Origin: Octopus vulgaris
Lineage: Eukaryota
DNA length: 64,000 nt
Direction of reading: 5' to 3'
Assembly (NCBI GenBank): GCA_951406725.2
Contig: OX597820.1
Span: 125,612,001-125,676,000 of the forward strand
Under the pieces are notes generated by a model. That model was not told the origin of the DNA. It was given only the letters and a program-made list of their open reading frames with translations, and did not search any database. The position numbers were made by a program, and so were the translations under genes. This document shows positions 12,316 to 27,158 of this stretch, in pieces. Position 1 is the first letter of the stretch; the number at the start of each line of letters is the position of its first letter.

Positions 12316-14254
12316 ATATGTATTTATATATGCATACACAGATACATATAGACAAACCGACACGTGTACTTACATATATATATATGTTTGTATGCATATG
12401 TGTATGTAAATATATTTTCATACTATATATCTGTGAGTATGTGTGTTTGTGTGTGTGTTTGTGTGTGGATGTTTACTCTGCAGGATATTTTATTTTACTC
12501 CAGACTGTTGGTTGGATATGACAGCACTTTTGATAGCTTCTGACAAAATATTCCCGACATTGGTATGGGGTTGCATAGAGGTGTCACACCATTATTTACT
12601 CAAACAGTCTTTCATGTAAGCATTTTACAGGATTTTTATAAATACTGGTTTATTTATATTTCCGCCTCAGCTTTGGTCATTCTCTCATATGTTTGCGTTA
12701 CTTCTAGACACTGAATTTCACATATTGTTATTTTTCCTTTTAATTTCCTAATTGATGTTAGTTAATTATATTCTCGTTAGATCTTGACATTCAATCGCTT
12801 ACGCTATTTCATTACATTTTCACGCTGTTCATACAGATTATAACCTTGTCTAATTCATTAATGATAAATTCATGGATCGTTACTCTCAGAAATATATCAA
12901 AAACATTGCTACACTCTCAAGTAGATATCTTTCCGGAAATCGCACCAGAACCAGACCAGCAATTCGGGATATGTAGTTGTCCCAGTGATGTTAAACATTT
13001 ATGGCACATGATTCAAACATCTTAAAATATGCTGGAGATGTAAATATATATTTCTATTAATCTCCTTCACGTTTGGCTCGGTGCGCAATGGCTTTCTAAA
13101 ATCACAGGAAATGTTCTCTGATCTTGATATCTCGCCTACTATTAATATGCTGGTTATAGTACTTCACCTATACTTGTTGATATTTTGTGTTAGTTATTCT
13201 CAATTGCTAACCTTTTTTAGTCTGTACAGCTTTTCTCACTTCTTGAGACTCTATAGTAGACACTCCAACAGCAAATGCTTTTCTTGCCATTTTTGTAGAA
13301 TGGGATTTTGTTGCCTTACAATTTATCAATACAAATATGAATGGCATGTAAAATTTGGCAGTGACAATATTTAAATCAATAATCGTCCTTCGTGTCAGGA
13401 GATCAAGTCACGTTCTAGGTATATTTTCCATTTTCATCCAGTTTTTTCCGTGACATACAACTCAGTTCGAATGTTTTATCGGTAAAAGATTCTCGACAAA
13501 AGCCTAATTTGGCAACAAGATTTTTTGAACTTTCTATCAGGCTGTTGTTCTCAATGGTACGTAATCCCTGTCTCATCCGGCTCTCAATCACAACATACCT
13601 CGTGACCATCATAAGCGTAGTGAGAATCACGGATATTAATGATATCTCTACGATAGATCGAAACTGTTTAATTACAATTTTGTACAAAAATTACTTAAAC
13701 TTTCTTTTATTATCTACAGACTACGAGTTTTCGCGGATTTGTCATGGAGTCAATTACTGGAATAATAATGTTGACTCCACAGATTACATACTGACTGGAT
13801 GCGCATGTAGTCTGCGGAACCATCGCTAACAATATACATACTTCATGATTTATCATCGTTGCTGCTAGCTGAATGTCATAATACTTACTGCGCGATGAAT
13901 GAGTCAATTACGTGAGGATCTGCAAAACTATTTTTTACTCTCTCCCTCTGAATATTTATGTTTGTTGGTAATGGGTCTGAAGAAAATTACTTCAAGGAAA
14001 GTTAAAGGTACTGAATTTCACAAAATATAGGGATCCACATATAATACATAGAGAGTTCACAATATTTGATCTGATGAGATTATCCATATAGTTATAAGGC
14101 AAAAGGTTTCTTCATAGGCATTTTGAAATCTAGATACAAAATACAAGGGAGACAACACTAGTAATGTCAATCATCTAAATTAGATTTTAAAATAACGATT
14201 ATGCAAATATGAATGGATTTTGTCGTTAAAGCCGACTAATATAAAAAAATGGTT

Positions 14255-14535
14255 TATTATTTACATTTGATAGTTATTTGTCCTCATCTTATTCTTCGTT
14301 AACACAACATTTCGGCTAATATACCCTCCAGCTTTCATCAGGTGTTTGGGGGAAATTTTGTACCCGGGTTCTCATTCCTAAGGTATTTTTCGATGTTGTT
14401 CCATCATGTTTCTTGTTGGTATCCGAGTGCGTTCTTTTATATGAGTGTCTGTCACCAGCTTTTCTTGAATCACCCATAGTGCTTCACCAGTTGAGACTTT
14501 GGTGAACAGACTTATCACATCTAGACTCACCATAT
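14255..14535 (-). mobile_element. Penelope-type fragment: RT motif fused to pseudo-LTR
   Basis: MVSLDVISLFTKVSTGEAL (Penelope RT SxDVxSLFTKV motif) is followed by a hammerhead-bearing terminal repeat. Confidence 0.75.
14301..14346 (-). ncRNA. Minimal type I hammerhead ribozyme (slightly decayed)
   Basis: Minus strand: AACAC CUGAUGA aagcug-gaggguauau-uagcc GAAA U GUU GUGUU, with a perfect 5-bp stem I. Confidence 0.75.
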
Positions 14536-15773
14536 GTCTTAAATGCTGTATTACTGATGTCATTCTTTATCTCATCCTTGATTTGGAAACGCTATTAGAC
14601 AATGCCGCCGCAAATTTGCAGGTCATCCTATTGAATTGCATTTATTTCACCAAAATCTCCTTCTGTTCCTTTCTGAGTTCTATGTCGTGAATCACGATAT
14701 GCAATGCATTATGAGTGACTCATGATTAATATTTCTACCTTCTTTTCTCTGCAGTTATCGATATCTGGAGTGCTTACCTGACGCCAGTCTAGGATATTTT
14801 TACGTCTTAGACGAAGCTGTTTGTTGCAAACATTCTATGCTCGTTGGCCTATACTTTCAATTCTTTAAGTTGTAGTCCGTTGCGCTTTCTTGGTTTCACC
14901 CCAAAGGATCCACAAATCTTTAATTCTAGAGCTAATTCGTAATTCCTGCTTGCCATAGGACTACTATGATGTCCTTTATCACAGGCATTTTGATGTATTT
15001 CTCCATTAAACTTTCTCCAACATTTCTCCATATATTTAGGGTTTATAATATTGAAGTGTGGAAAAATAAATACTTGGTGAGATTGCAGAAATATACGTAG
15101 TGACAAGATTATGGGATAATCTGTGCAGATACTAATTTATTCTGCTCTTACTAACGGTGAAGCCCTTTCCATGTTGCGTTTGGAATAATCTTTATTTTGC
15201 TACAATATATGAGGTTAATGTGTATTTCCGTCTGCAAATACCATGAATTTTCCTTTAACACATCCCCAAGATAACACAGGGTTTTTTACAAAGTATAGCA
15301 ATTAGTTCTTTCATCGTTGTAGAGTACAAGTAATCCATGTCCTGAAATGAGTATTTCGCGTCGAGAGATTTATGGGAGTGGTGTCAATATAATTGTAGGT
15401 GTGTTTCCAGTACAAATCGGTAGTTTACCACCACGTGAACAAAAAATGGAGAGCATATTAATTACTTTATCTAAATTCAACAGACCTGATATCATATCCT
15501 TTCATTTTGTGTTTATCTTCGCATTGCTGTAAGCTGGGGAACTCGACGTTATATATCACCACTCCAAAGGACATAATTCTTCACTGTCACCAAAATCGCT
15601 TAATCTTACTCACAAAAATTGTAAGATATACGTGAGAGTAAGACAGAAGTCATACATATTTATAGTGGAGGAAATATAACCCGACTGTAGTATGATTATC
15701 TGTCTCCTCGATCTCTACCCACCTGCCTCTCTCTCTTTCACACACACCAAATATGTTATATATATATATATAC

Positions 15774-15821
<48 letters not shown>

Positions 15822-16099
15822 CAGAGAGATGACCTGTAAATGGACATTCATTATGCTAGAAGAAGACCCGCTATATATACATATCTATATATATATATAC
15901 ACACATACATACATGCATAATACATAAATATATGTATGTGTGTGCGCATGTATGTATGTACATACGTGTTTATGGAGATGTGATTGTGTGAGAAATAAAT
16001 ACGTTATACATGCACACAATACATTAATATATATACATATATATAAAGTATATATGTGTATGTGTGTGTGGGAGTGTGGGAGTGAGTGTGTGTGTGTAT

Positions 16100-16142
<43 letters not shown>

Positions 16143-16932
16143 GTGTATTACCTTGCTTTGCTCTCCTGCATTGTTTAACTGCCACCGCGCAGGATCAGAT
16201 CCATGACGGATTTGTGTGATCTTTAGGTGATCTTATCAACAGCAGAATCGATATTGGAGATCGTTATTGGCAAGGCCCCAAAATACGCGAGCCTTGTAAA
16301 TATATAAACATACATACATGCATACACAATCACACGCACAGACACACACACTTATACATACACAATTATGTATCTGTACATATATGCACGTATCTATACG
16401 TGTGAATGTATGTATATGTATGTGTGTGCGTGCGTGTGTCTGTTTGTATGTGTGGATCTGTACGTGTCTGTGCGTTTGTGTGACGTCTGTTAAATTATGC
16501 AATAAATGTGCAATTGTGTGTAAGGAAGCGTGATTTACCATTTCTACAATAATGGTATATTATGGAGGGCTTTCCATATGCAATTTTGTATCTCCTATCA
16601 TTAATGCAAAGTATTATAGACATTCATATATATATATATACATTCTTCAAACCTCAAACATATACATAAAAAACATGCATCTGTCAATCAATCGATTTCT
16701 CTATATCGGTACACATACACACTGAAAAATGTACATTCGTATATGTATGTATGCATGAATGTATATAAGGTAATGAGCAAATGCAAGCAAAAGACAAAAC
16801 CAGATGTTTATGTTTTCTCAACGTTATTAGTGCAAGCCTTGAAAGGTAGGAAGTCAATTACATACTTGGATGTGAATGCATGTGTGTGCGTATGTGTGTG
16901 TATGGATAAGTATACATACATACAAATAGGTA

Positions 16933-16933
16933 A

Positions 16934-16976
<43 letters not shown>

Positions 16977-17072
16977 GATAGACAGGTAAGTAGATAGATA
17001 AATAGATAAATAGATAGCTAGATAGGTAGATAGCTAGATAGATAGATTGATAGGTAGATAGATAGATAGATA
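16933..17072. repeat. (GATA)n array, left of Tx1
   Basis: Directly visible. Confidence 0.95.
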
Positions 17073-19018
17073 AGTTTCTTTATTGGCCACACAGGGCTGC
17101 ACACAGATGGGACCAGTTACAAGGTAGAGCTTTTCTTTTGGGGGATGAAAAAAAGGGGATGGCGTAGGTTTTCGATCAAGAGGGATCGTAAAAGGGAAGA
17201 AAAGAACAAAAAAAAAAAAAATTTATTAAAAAAAATAGAATAAAAAAATAAAAAGAATAAAAGAAAAAAAGAAAGGGAAAGGAACAAAAGAAAAGAGAAA
17301 TGAAAAAAGAAGAAAAAGGGAGAAAAAAAGGGGAAAAGGAAAAAAAAAAGGAACGATCAATACGGATCGTGTATCACAGTGTTATGATATATGGTGTAAA
17401 GGGGAAAGCAAGTAAGGTTTATCCGTGGGAAGAAAAGCCTACGAAAAAGACCACGGTAAACTTGGTCAATATTGTTATATGTTACCACATTTGTTTGCAA
17501 GCGGGTAACCCTCTGTTTTCAATTTCTGGGTTCATAGGATTATGCTCAAGGTGGCTTCGTCATTCATACGTGCCATCCTTGCTACATTCACCCATCTTTT
17601 TTTAAAACATTCGCTAGACAAAACTTGCCTCTCTACTCTCACTATCCTTTTCAAGTGGTACTTGAAGAAGTTGATGAGAGATTGACCAGAGAGGAAATTG
17701 TTTGTCTCCAATCCTTTCAGACGCGTCCACCAGATACATTCTTTCACCATAGCCACAAGGATGATGAAAATAGCTCTTCCTTCCCGTTTGAAGGAAGGAG
17801 GCGTGACAATATTGACGATAGACTCAGCTGATAAACCGACTCGTCCCACATGTGACAGCAGTTGTTCGACACAAGCCCACAGGTCGGAAATTGTTGGACA
17901 CTGCACGAACGCGTGCCGAATGGTTTCGTCGCTCTGACCGCATCTCGGGCAGGTCGGCCCCGTGTTTCTCGAGCCGTGTCTGTAGAGCTTATCCCGAACG
18001 GGTAGCGCTTCTCGGTAACACTGCCAGGCCAGGGATCTCTGGACGTTGTCCATGGGCCCTGGCCCGAAAGTCGTCCTGAACAGGCGGGTCAGGTACTCCT
18101 CGTCGACGTACAGGTTCGCCCCGAGCTCGTCGTCGTACCTCCCCTCCACTAATCCCCTATAGAATGCTTTGGTTGTGTTGAAGTCACTCAAGGTCGACCC
18201 AGGACGGCAGAGTTGCTTAAGAGCAACGCGACACTCGTGGTGCCATTCGCCCTTCCTCGGCCTCTTTTTGATCCACGACTGCAGTTCGGTCATGGAGACG
18301 AGCTGCGGGAAAGCGTGCCTCACAAACGGCGACCACACCTGTTCACCGTCGTCTACATAGAGCCAGAGATGTCGCAGTCTCAGCGCGTGTCTGCGCATCA
18401 TCAACCACGGCATGCCCAGCCCTCCTTTTAACGGGTGTTGACAGCAAATGGATCGCCTGACCATCGGGACGCATCCTTTCCACAAGAAGCGAAAGAGAAT
18501 ACGTTGTAGTTTGGTGATGGTAGGGTCGGGACAAGGTACGACGGTCAGGCGGTAGTAGATGACGGACGCAATGTACGTGTTCGCCACCTCCGCCCGACCT
18601 TTTAGGGACAGTTTCCTCTCGGCCCATTGCCGGGCGAGAGTGACCACCCTTCTCGTTATCTCGTTCCAGTTCTTCTCCACTTGGAGGTCCGGACCAAACC
18701 AGACCCCGAGCAACTGAACCGGGCCGTCGGTCCAGCGTCCCACGACGGAGGCGCTGGTGGACGCCATGGGCTTGCTTCTCCAGGTGCCTAGTCGCAAGCC
18801 CACTGACTTTTCTCGGTTGATTTTCGCTCCTGTCACCGCTTCGTAGTTTTTCAGTGCCTCGCCGACCTGCTCGATGTGCTCGTTGCTAGATACTATGACG
18901 GTGACGTCGTCCGCGTATGCAGACACGCTCGTCCCGCATCCCAGTTCTCGCGGGATGCCCCTCAAAGTTGCCAGCTTCCGCAATAATGGCTCGAGAGTCA
19001 ATACGTATAGAAGCGACG

Positions 19019-19020
<2 letters not shown>
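17073..19020 (-). mobile_element. Young 5'-truncated Tx1/L1-clade non-LTR retrotransposon inside a (GATA)n array
   Basis: Uninterrupted ORF2 segment, pyrimidine-rich 3'UTR on the element strand, and 3' end ...ccaataaagaaactta joined to (tcta)n. GC content is visibly higher than the flanks. Confidence 0.93.
17532..19020 (-). CDS. Tx1/L1 ORF2 fragment: RT motifs through C-terminal zf-RVT/CCHC
   Basis: SSLLYVLTLEPLLRKL, SAYADDVTV, LLGVWFG, LSLKGRA, GGLGMP, CPRC..ETIRHAFVQC. The ORF-track N-terminus (19021-19148) is GATA-repeat and flank read-through. Confidence 0.9.

Positions 19021-19094
<74 letters not shown>
19019..19094. repeat. Pure (GATA)n array, right of Tx1
   Basis: Directly visible. 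Confidence 0.95.
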
Positions 19095-19095
<1 letters not shown>

Positions 19096-19613
19096 CGTTC
19101 ACTTTTTACTATATTCAGTATAGAAAATAAATATGAAATGTTTAACACTAGCTATATAGAATAACTTACTGCCGTAACCGTGTACACTTTGAAGGAGAAC
19201 GGAACTACCTTCCTTAATCCGCGGCAACGAACTCATAATCCCGACGTCTGTCCACTGAAATTACTTTCCAATTTGAATGCCGTCTTATGTCGTGAGAAAC
19301 TCAATGGATGGTTGAAAAATAATTCACAATAAACGTCTTCAAGAGAAGCTTAACTCATAAAATTATTACGCAATCGTTCCTAATACTTCTTCATAGTTTA
19401 CTATGCTCTTGTCTGGCTAACACAGAAATGTATCTAATACGCGGGGAAAAAGTAAATCAATGACAAAATAATAAAGACAAACGCTTATGAGTGAGCCGCT
19501 AGCAACATAGTTATTATGTTCTTGTAAAAACGTATCCGACTTGATGTTACCGACTTGAAGATATTGAACACGGACTCAACTGATTTAAACTAAAAAAAAA
19601 AATATTTAATATT

Positions 19614-19836
19614 TATTCCTTTATTGTCCACAAGGGGCTAAACATAGAGGGGACAAACGAGGACAGACAAACGGATTGAGTCGATTATATCGACCCCAGT
19701 GCGTAACTGGTACTTATTTAATTGACTCCGAAAGGATGAAATGCAAAGTCGACCTCGGTGGAATTCGAACTAGAGAACGTAACGGCAGACGGAAGCGTCT
19801 CGCCCGGCGTGCTAACGTTTCTGCCAGCTCGCCGCC
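19614..19836 (-). mobile_element. Nin-type tRNA SINE (tail variant A), second copy
   Basis: Reverse complement of 9118-9348 with a small internal deletion. Confidence 0.9.
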
Positions 19837-20791
19837 TTTTTAAAATATTATATTTTAATATTGACGACATAGTCTTATAGATTATTATGCGTTCTATAGA
19901 AACCCCACTCTTTGATTTAAATTGAGCTTTGGTAAAAAATTGTTTAAATGCTACAGGAATACTCGATGTAATTATATGCTATGAAGTAGCTGAAAGGAAA
20001 TTTTAATGGTTCTAATTTTGGCTTACACATGGATGGCAAATTAGCTGTGCCTACTTCGCTAGTTATGAATTTAATATTAATTTTATTAACAACTTCAGCT
20101 GACGCAGATTAAAATTTTCCATCGCTAGTTACGTAAATATAACAAAGCATACGCAACTTTATCTATTTAATGAGTTCTATAAGTAGCGCAAAGTAATACC
20201 TAATATATAAATGGATATTTCCGCTACATATTTATTTCATTACTGAAGAACCTAATATAGTTTCTAATACAATAGCCTGTATTATCTAGTCTAAGAGTTC
20301 ATTTACACAGCAACTGTATATGACAACATTCTATTACGTAATTGTTCTTTTAAAGATAACGTACCCTACACATTTGGATCTAATAATATCCACCCATCCC
20401 GTCAATACAATATTATTTACAGGTCTTCGTCTTTAAAAGTAAAAATCAGTATTAGTAAAAGCATTGCGGAACTAACAAGCACAGGGCTTCCTTAGACAAC
20501 AACGTTGTCTATGTATTCTAAAAGGATACTACTACTATGTGACCTTTGTCTGCATTCCAAGTAGTAAAATATTAACAACTCATAAATATATAATCGCCAG
20601 TAAAGTACATATGCAGAACAGACGATTTATGTTCCTTTAACTAGTGAAGCAATACATTAAAATTTATTAATTAAAGGACTTGCACCTGAAGCTGTTTAAA
20701 ACAAAAGCGTTTTAAAAAAACAGTAAGGCACAAACACTGCTTGTTTCAGAAATATGAAGACAATGTAAGTGGACAAGACTTTTGGAAATAC

Positions 20792-21113
<322 letters not shown>

Positions 21114-21310
21114 GGTTTAATATTTTGCCAAAAGGCCAGCAATTTCAGGGGAAGGGTTACGTCAATTATATCGACTCCAATGTTCAATAGGCATTTATTT
21201 TATCAACACCAAATGGATGAAAGGCAAAGTTGACCCCGGCAGAATTTGAACTCATTACCTAAATACAGACGAAATTCAGCGAAGCATTTTACCCGGCAAC
21301 CTAAATTTTC
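21114..21310 (-). mobile_element. Nin-type SINE, tail variant B, decayed
   Basis: ggatgaaaggcaaagttgaccccggcagaatttgaactc is the reverse complement of the SINE body. The tail ggccagcaattt abuts (GAT)n. Confidence 0.78.
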
Positions 21311-24300
21311 TATTGATGCCTTTGAAAATACTATAATATTGAAAAGTATAAACACCTTGTCTAAAATAATCGAACGGAATTTTTTCAGATGCCGACAATT
21401 TCGCCGGTAACTATGGCATATTTCAAAACCAACAAGATGACTGAATACAGCTTTACTGAATACATATATATAACGCCACCTTTCTTTTTACACAAATAAA
21501 TCTTTCAAGATCACTAACATTTTTAATGAGCTATTTACATCTTATAAATATTCATGCATCACCACTTTCTACAACTTTTGCTATATAAGACATTATAACG
21601 CCCTCAGAAGACTCGATAAAAATTGACATGACCACCTTCGTTATTTATTTTGGCGCCAAATGTCTCCTTCGGGCTGCTAAGGTCCTTCAGTCTAACATCC
21701 TCTCCCAGGTTGTAATATAATACATTATCTAATAAACTTGTAAGCGTATATGTACTGGCAATGCATATTCTCAGCTACTTATATGGAAAAACATAACATG
21801 TTGTGTACAATATCAACATTGGAAGAATATATAGTTATACTGCCAGGAGAATTGTTACAAGCAAAGTAGATTGAGGATATTACAATGTCAGAAGTAGAAT
21901 CATGCATAAATGACAGTTAGTGTTCATTTTACTTTGACAATTTACAATATCTTAAATTTTAAGGCCTGTTAACTTGGAACGTTTGTGATGTTTTTGATGT
22001 TTCCTTCAATTCAACCCCACAGCACACACTCACACTTACACACATCCTTACCTTCAAGTGCTTGTACTTCTACATTTCGGGAACTTTTAATTAAATGAGA
22101 TCAATCGACCTGACATGATCCTACGTAGTTATACCCTTTTGTAAAGACCTGTTTTATTTTCTCTTCTTTCTCCGTTGCTCTCCTCACAATGCCTTCTCAT
22201 TCTTCACTTGCTTCATTTGACCTCATAATCACTAACCCCTTTTCCTATCAACTGGGATGACTCCATGAAGAATTTATTCACGCTAAATTCATTTCTTCAC
22301 TCAATATCCTTTTCCTACGCTTCTCACTCTCTCTTGTTGAACTTCTTTTTTAACAATTCTACCACTCCACATTTTTTTTCATTCCTTATACTTTGTACGC
22401 CCCTATTATCCGTTTCTATAATCTTGCTTTCCGGTGAAATCCGGTAAATCATCGAATTTTTCATTCCTCGCAACAATTCAACTCACTGTAATCTATTTTT
22501 TCTAAGACCTTTCACGGCTTACCTTTCGCCAACGCACAAATCTACAAGCCTTCATAAATCCTGGCTTTGATCACAATTGCCGCAGATATTATATAATTAT
22601 AAGATTTCATTCTGTTTCAACTCAGATATCTCGGCGCCTAACAATATACGTTTTGAGTGTTTGTTTAGTTGTTTCTTCAAGAAAATAATACATATCCCTG
22701 CAATAAGTGTATTTTATTAACATTTGTAAATCCAATATCGAAGTATTTCTCATTTCGACATAACAAAACTAAAGCTCGTAAATATTGTAAACCAAAAACA
22801 AATATGTTCATATCATATTTAACTTACACTACTATCTAATATATAAGAAACCCCAGTTGTTGTTTGTAAGGATGGAACATTGACTTGAAAGGCGCTGATA
22901 TTCTTATTTCGAACAGAATTATCTTTAATTCTGTAGGCCTAAAAGATGTACGATTTTTCCTGCATTTTCGCTTTCATGCTTTATGAGTTGAGAACAGAAT
23001 ATAGGAACAGGGAGTAATATTGGCTTCCACACTTGAACAATAATTTTCCAAATCTTGTTATAAATTGTGTACTCTTTAATGTTTTTAGATATCCAGTATA
23101 AACATGTCCAATAAGATTGAATTTGTGAAAGGCATTTCCTGAACAAATCTTGCATTCTGCTTCAAAATATGATATGTTTCTTTGAATTCCGTTTACATCG
23201 TATACTTTTACCTGTATTATAATCTAAGTGATCGCTGGAATTGTCAATGAAGTGTAATAGCAAGCATGTAGTTTGGGAAATTGTATCCCAATTTAGTATT
23301 GTTGTATGTGAAGAAATATTTACAGATTCTGAAGTCAATAAACTTGACTATACCCACACATATTATTGTACCTCCTCCAACAAGTGAAAAATGAAATAGT
23401 TAGATGAGTTCCGTGGTCTTTGCATGAGAGGAATAAAAGCAATTGAAACATAATATTGAAATACGCATAATCATGTGACTTTGAATTCGCACTAACTCGA
23501 TAATTAAGTTCTAGTGCGCAAATCAGGCCTTCTAATGAATCGCCTTGTGATTGAAAGTGTTAAACAGAAACTGTGCAGAAGCTCATAGCATACTCTGTAC
23601 GCGTGTGTGTGTTTATATGTGTTTGTATGTGTGTGTGTGTAGAATTGATGGGTGTGCGCGTGTACATGTATGTATACTTTCGCAAGTACATGTGTTGCAG
23701 TGTGTGTGTGTGTTTGTGTGTGTGTGTGTAAACCTGTCCTTTTACTTAATATACAGCTCTCAAAATTATCTACGAGTTTACGTTGTGCTTCTGATTGAAT
23801 CACTTGCTTTTAGATATTCGAGCGTATTATTATTATTTTTTTTTTATTTCTGTTGATTCTCCTTTGAAGCGTGTAGGATAAAGAACTATGTCATTTTGTT
23901 AATCATAATTGCTCCTCCAGTTCGACCTCTTTCACGCATTCTCTCTCTCTTTCTTTCTCTCTCTCTCTATCTCTCTATCTATCTATCTCTCTATCTATCT
24001 ATCTATCTATCTATCAATCTATTTATCTCTCACGCTCTCTCCCTCTCTCTGTCTCTCTCTCTCGCTTCTTCTCGCTTTTCTCCGCCTTCGGTGCCACTTT
24101 TCCTAAATTCATATTATCTTCCTAACTTGAACCCAGAATATACTCATCCTTAGAGTAACATGCAAACTTTAGTTAAAATAAAGGAAAGCGAAAACTGACA
24201 TCGATATATGCGAGTTAGTCTCAATTTTCAAGCTTTTGCTAATAGTTAAATGTGGCCATGCAGACACCAACATACGCAGATATCATCGAAAACACGCTCC

Positions 24301-24488
24301 ACGGATGGTATTCAGTCGTGGTTGACGAGACTTCAGTGACGCCCCATGCCTGGTCTCATTATTGAATCGCTGAGTTTATTTCTATGGTTTCAGCAATCTA
24401 ATCTCTTCCCAACAATATTTAATGTTACAACATTCAATACGAGATTTATTGCAGAGTTCCGTCTTTACGTACCATGTAGGTAAGTAGA

Positions 24489-25150
<662 letters not shown>

Positions 25151-26432
25151 AGTTAGAAATATTGATACAGAGATAGATTGCAATTTTATTCTATTTTTAG
25201 AAATCGATGCTCAGAGCGAAGGGCTACATTAGAAATAACAACATATACTCACCTATGAACACTGATCTAATAACACTTTCACGTAAAATCACACACATGT
25301 TTGTGTTTGGTGTGTATGTGTGTGTGAATCTGTGCGGTTGCGTGCTTGCTTGTGATAGTGTTTGTGTGTGTATGTGTGTGTGGTTGGGCGTTTGCGTAGG
25401 GGTGGTTGTGTTGCGTTTGTGTGTATGTATGGACACACATATGTGTGTATGTATGTGAGTGGTGTGTTAATATGCGTATGTACGTTCATTTAGAAAAATC
25501 ATTAAATAGCCGCTATTATATTTCTCAAGGGATGAAATAAACAGATAACTGTCTTTACTGTGTAGTATTCCTATCTTCAAAGAACAATAACATAAAGGAG
25601 ATCAGCCACATATTTTACAAAGGTAGCTTTTTTCGTCTCTGTGTACTTTTGAGTATACTATTAATGAAACAGTTCTTTCCTATTCAGCATTGAAACATTT
25701 TCACTGCAGTGTGTAGCATTTTGTGTTGTATAAAATCACTATTAGATAATTCCAACATATTTCTTAGTTCTAATCTTTTTCATTGTCTGTGTTTCTCTGA
25801 GTGTGTATTTCGAAAAGATTAATTTCCAACAAGCATATCCCCGGGATAATCAGGAATACATGCATATAATAATCTCTTTTGCTAAGCGTTTGAATATGTA
25901 CGTAAATTGTTCAAATTACTCATTTAGAGAGTTTCTTTAGACTTTTGTGTTCCACCGATTTCACTTTTCCATAAACCTAAGCCTTCTAATGACCATAGCA
26001 ATAATATTGCCATACGTAGAAAACATGTAGAATTCTTCTGGAGATCATCTGAGCACAGGAACGGCGGAATGATTAATATACACTGTTAGAAACTAAAGCA
26101 AATTATGTACCGCTGTTCGAGTTGAAAAGTAAAATTAGAACTGTATTTATGAAGAAATAGTGCGCTGAGTATAGTTTTTCTTTCTTGTGATGGCAGTTAC
26201 TTCTACCGGGTAACTTTGTTATATAGAACGTAAGCGTTGAGAACACTATATAGTACTAAGCATTTCAAGAAAGTGTGTACCAGCTAAGTTAGTCGTTCTG
26301 GGTGATTGCAAGTAACTTCACAGTGTATATGCACACTCACACCCAACCACACACAAACACGTAATAAATAGATAGATATGTAGGTAGGTAAATAGTTAGA
26401 GAGATAGAGAGACAGACAGATAGGTAAGGAGG

Positions 26433-26496
<64 letters not shown>

Positions 26497-26699
26497 AAGC
26501 GAAAATAACAATACAATTTATTTTAAATCAATAGAATTGTTTCGACACATTCTTACATCTTTAGCACATACGTGAGATACTGTTAAACCTTATCTTAGAT
26601 CCAAGGAGTAAAATGTGCCACCTCATATGATTGTTTAAATATGATGTTCGTCAGATTCTCTTGCCATTTTGCTTCATATTATAATACATCCCTAATGTA

Positions 26700-26975
26700 A
26701 TGCATCCTTCCCAGTTGGTGTTTTCAAAGTGGTTGTCTTAGACTTATATCTCATAAGCCTTAAGCGTCGGAAAACCGGATTTTAAGCCAGTTTCTATGGA
26801 GGAGAATTTACAGAGACTACAAAACTCACGTCTCAGAAGAACGTTTGTCTGATACAGGCTTAATTTCAGCTACGACTGATGCAGGTTTAATTCCAGCTAT
26901 TGCTGGAACTCACAGCTAAGTGGACTGAACGAACGTAAAGTTAAGTATTTTACTCCTTAAAACACAATCCGCTCT
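26700..26975 (-). mobile_element. Decayed SINE, same family as 53078
   Basis: cagctaagtggactgaacgaacgtaaagttaag is a degenerate reverse complement of atttcacgttcttccattctactcac. Confidence 0.45.
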
Positions 26976-27018
26976 ACAACTAGTTTAAGATGCTTAAATA
27001 TTGCTTTAAATTTTTCAG

Positions 27019-27158
27019 CAACATCGTCACCTTCACAGTTGCCATTTTAACATACTTCATGAGGATATTACTTGTGGTGGCGATGTTGGGGATACTGTTT
27101 GACGTAACATTGCTACACTTGTCACAAATTTCTTTTTGTCTGTGGCTCTCCACTGAAG
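27019..27158 (+). CDS. Putative penultimate coding exon, hydrophobic/TM-like (NIVTFTVAILTYFMRILLVVAMLGILFDVTLLHLSQISFCLWLSTE)
   Basis: Acceptor ttttcag| and donor gaag|gtgagg. Only one frame is open, and it ends in phase 1, compatible with the next exon. Confidence 0.6.

Noticed and set aside
12500-15530. Possible exons (e.g. DYEFSRICHGVNYW..., NACDKGHH...)
   Set aside because: No recognisable domain or consistent splice chain.
19021-19148. N-terminal extension of the 538 aa ORF
   Set aside because: YLSI repeat from (GATA)n and flank. The element is 5'-truncated.
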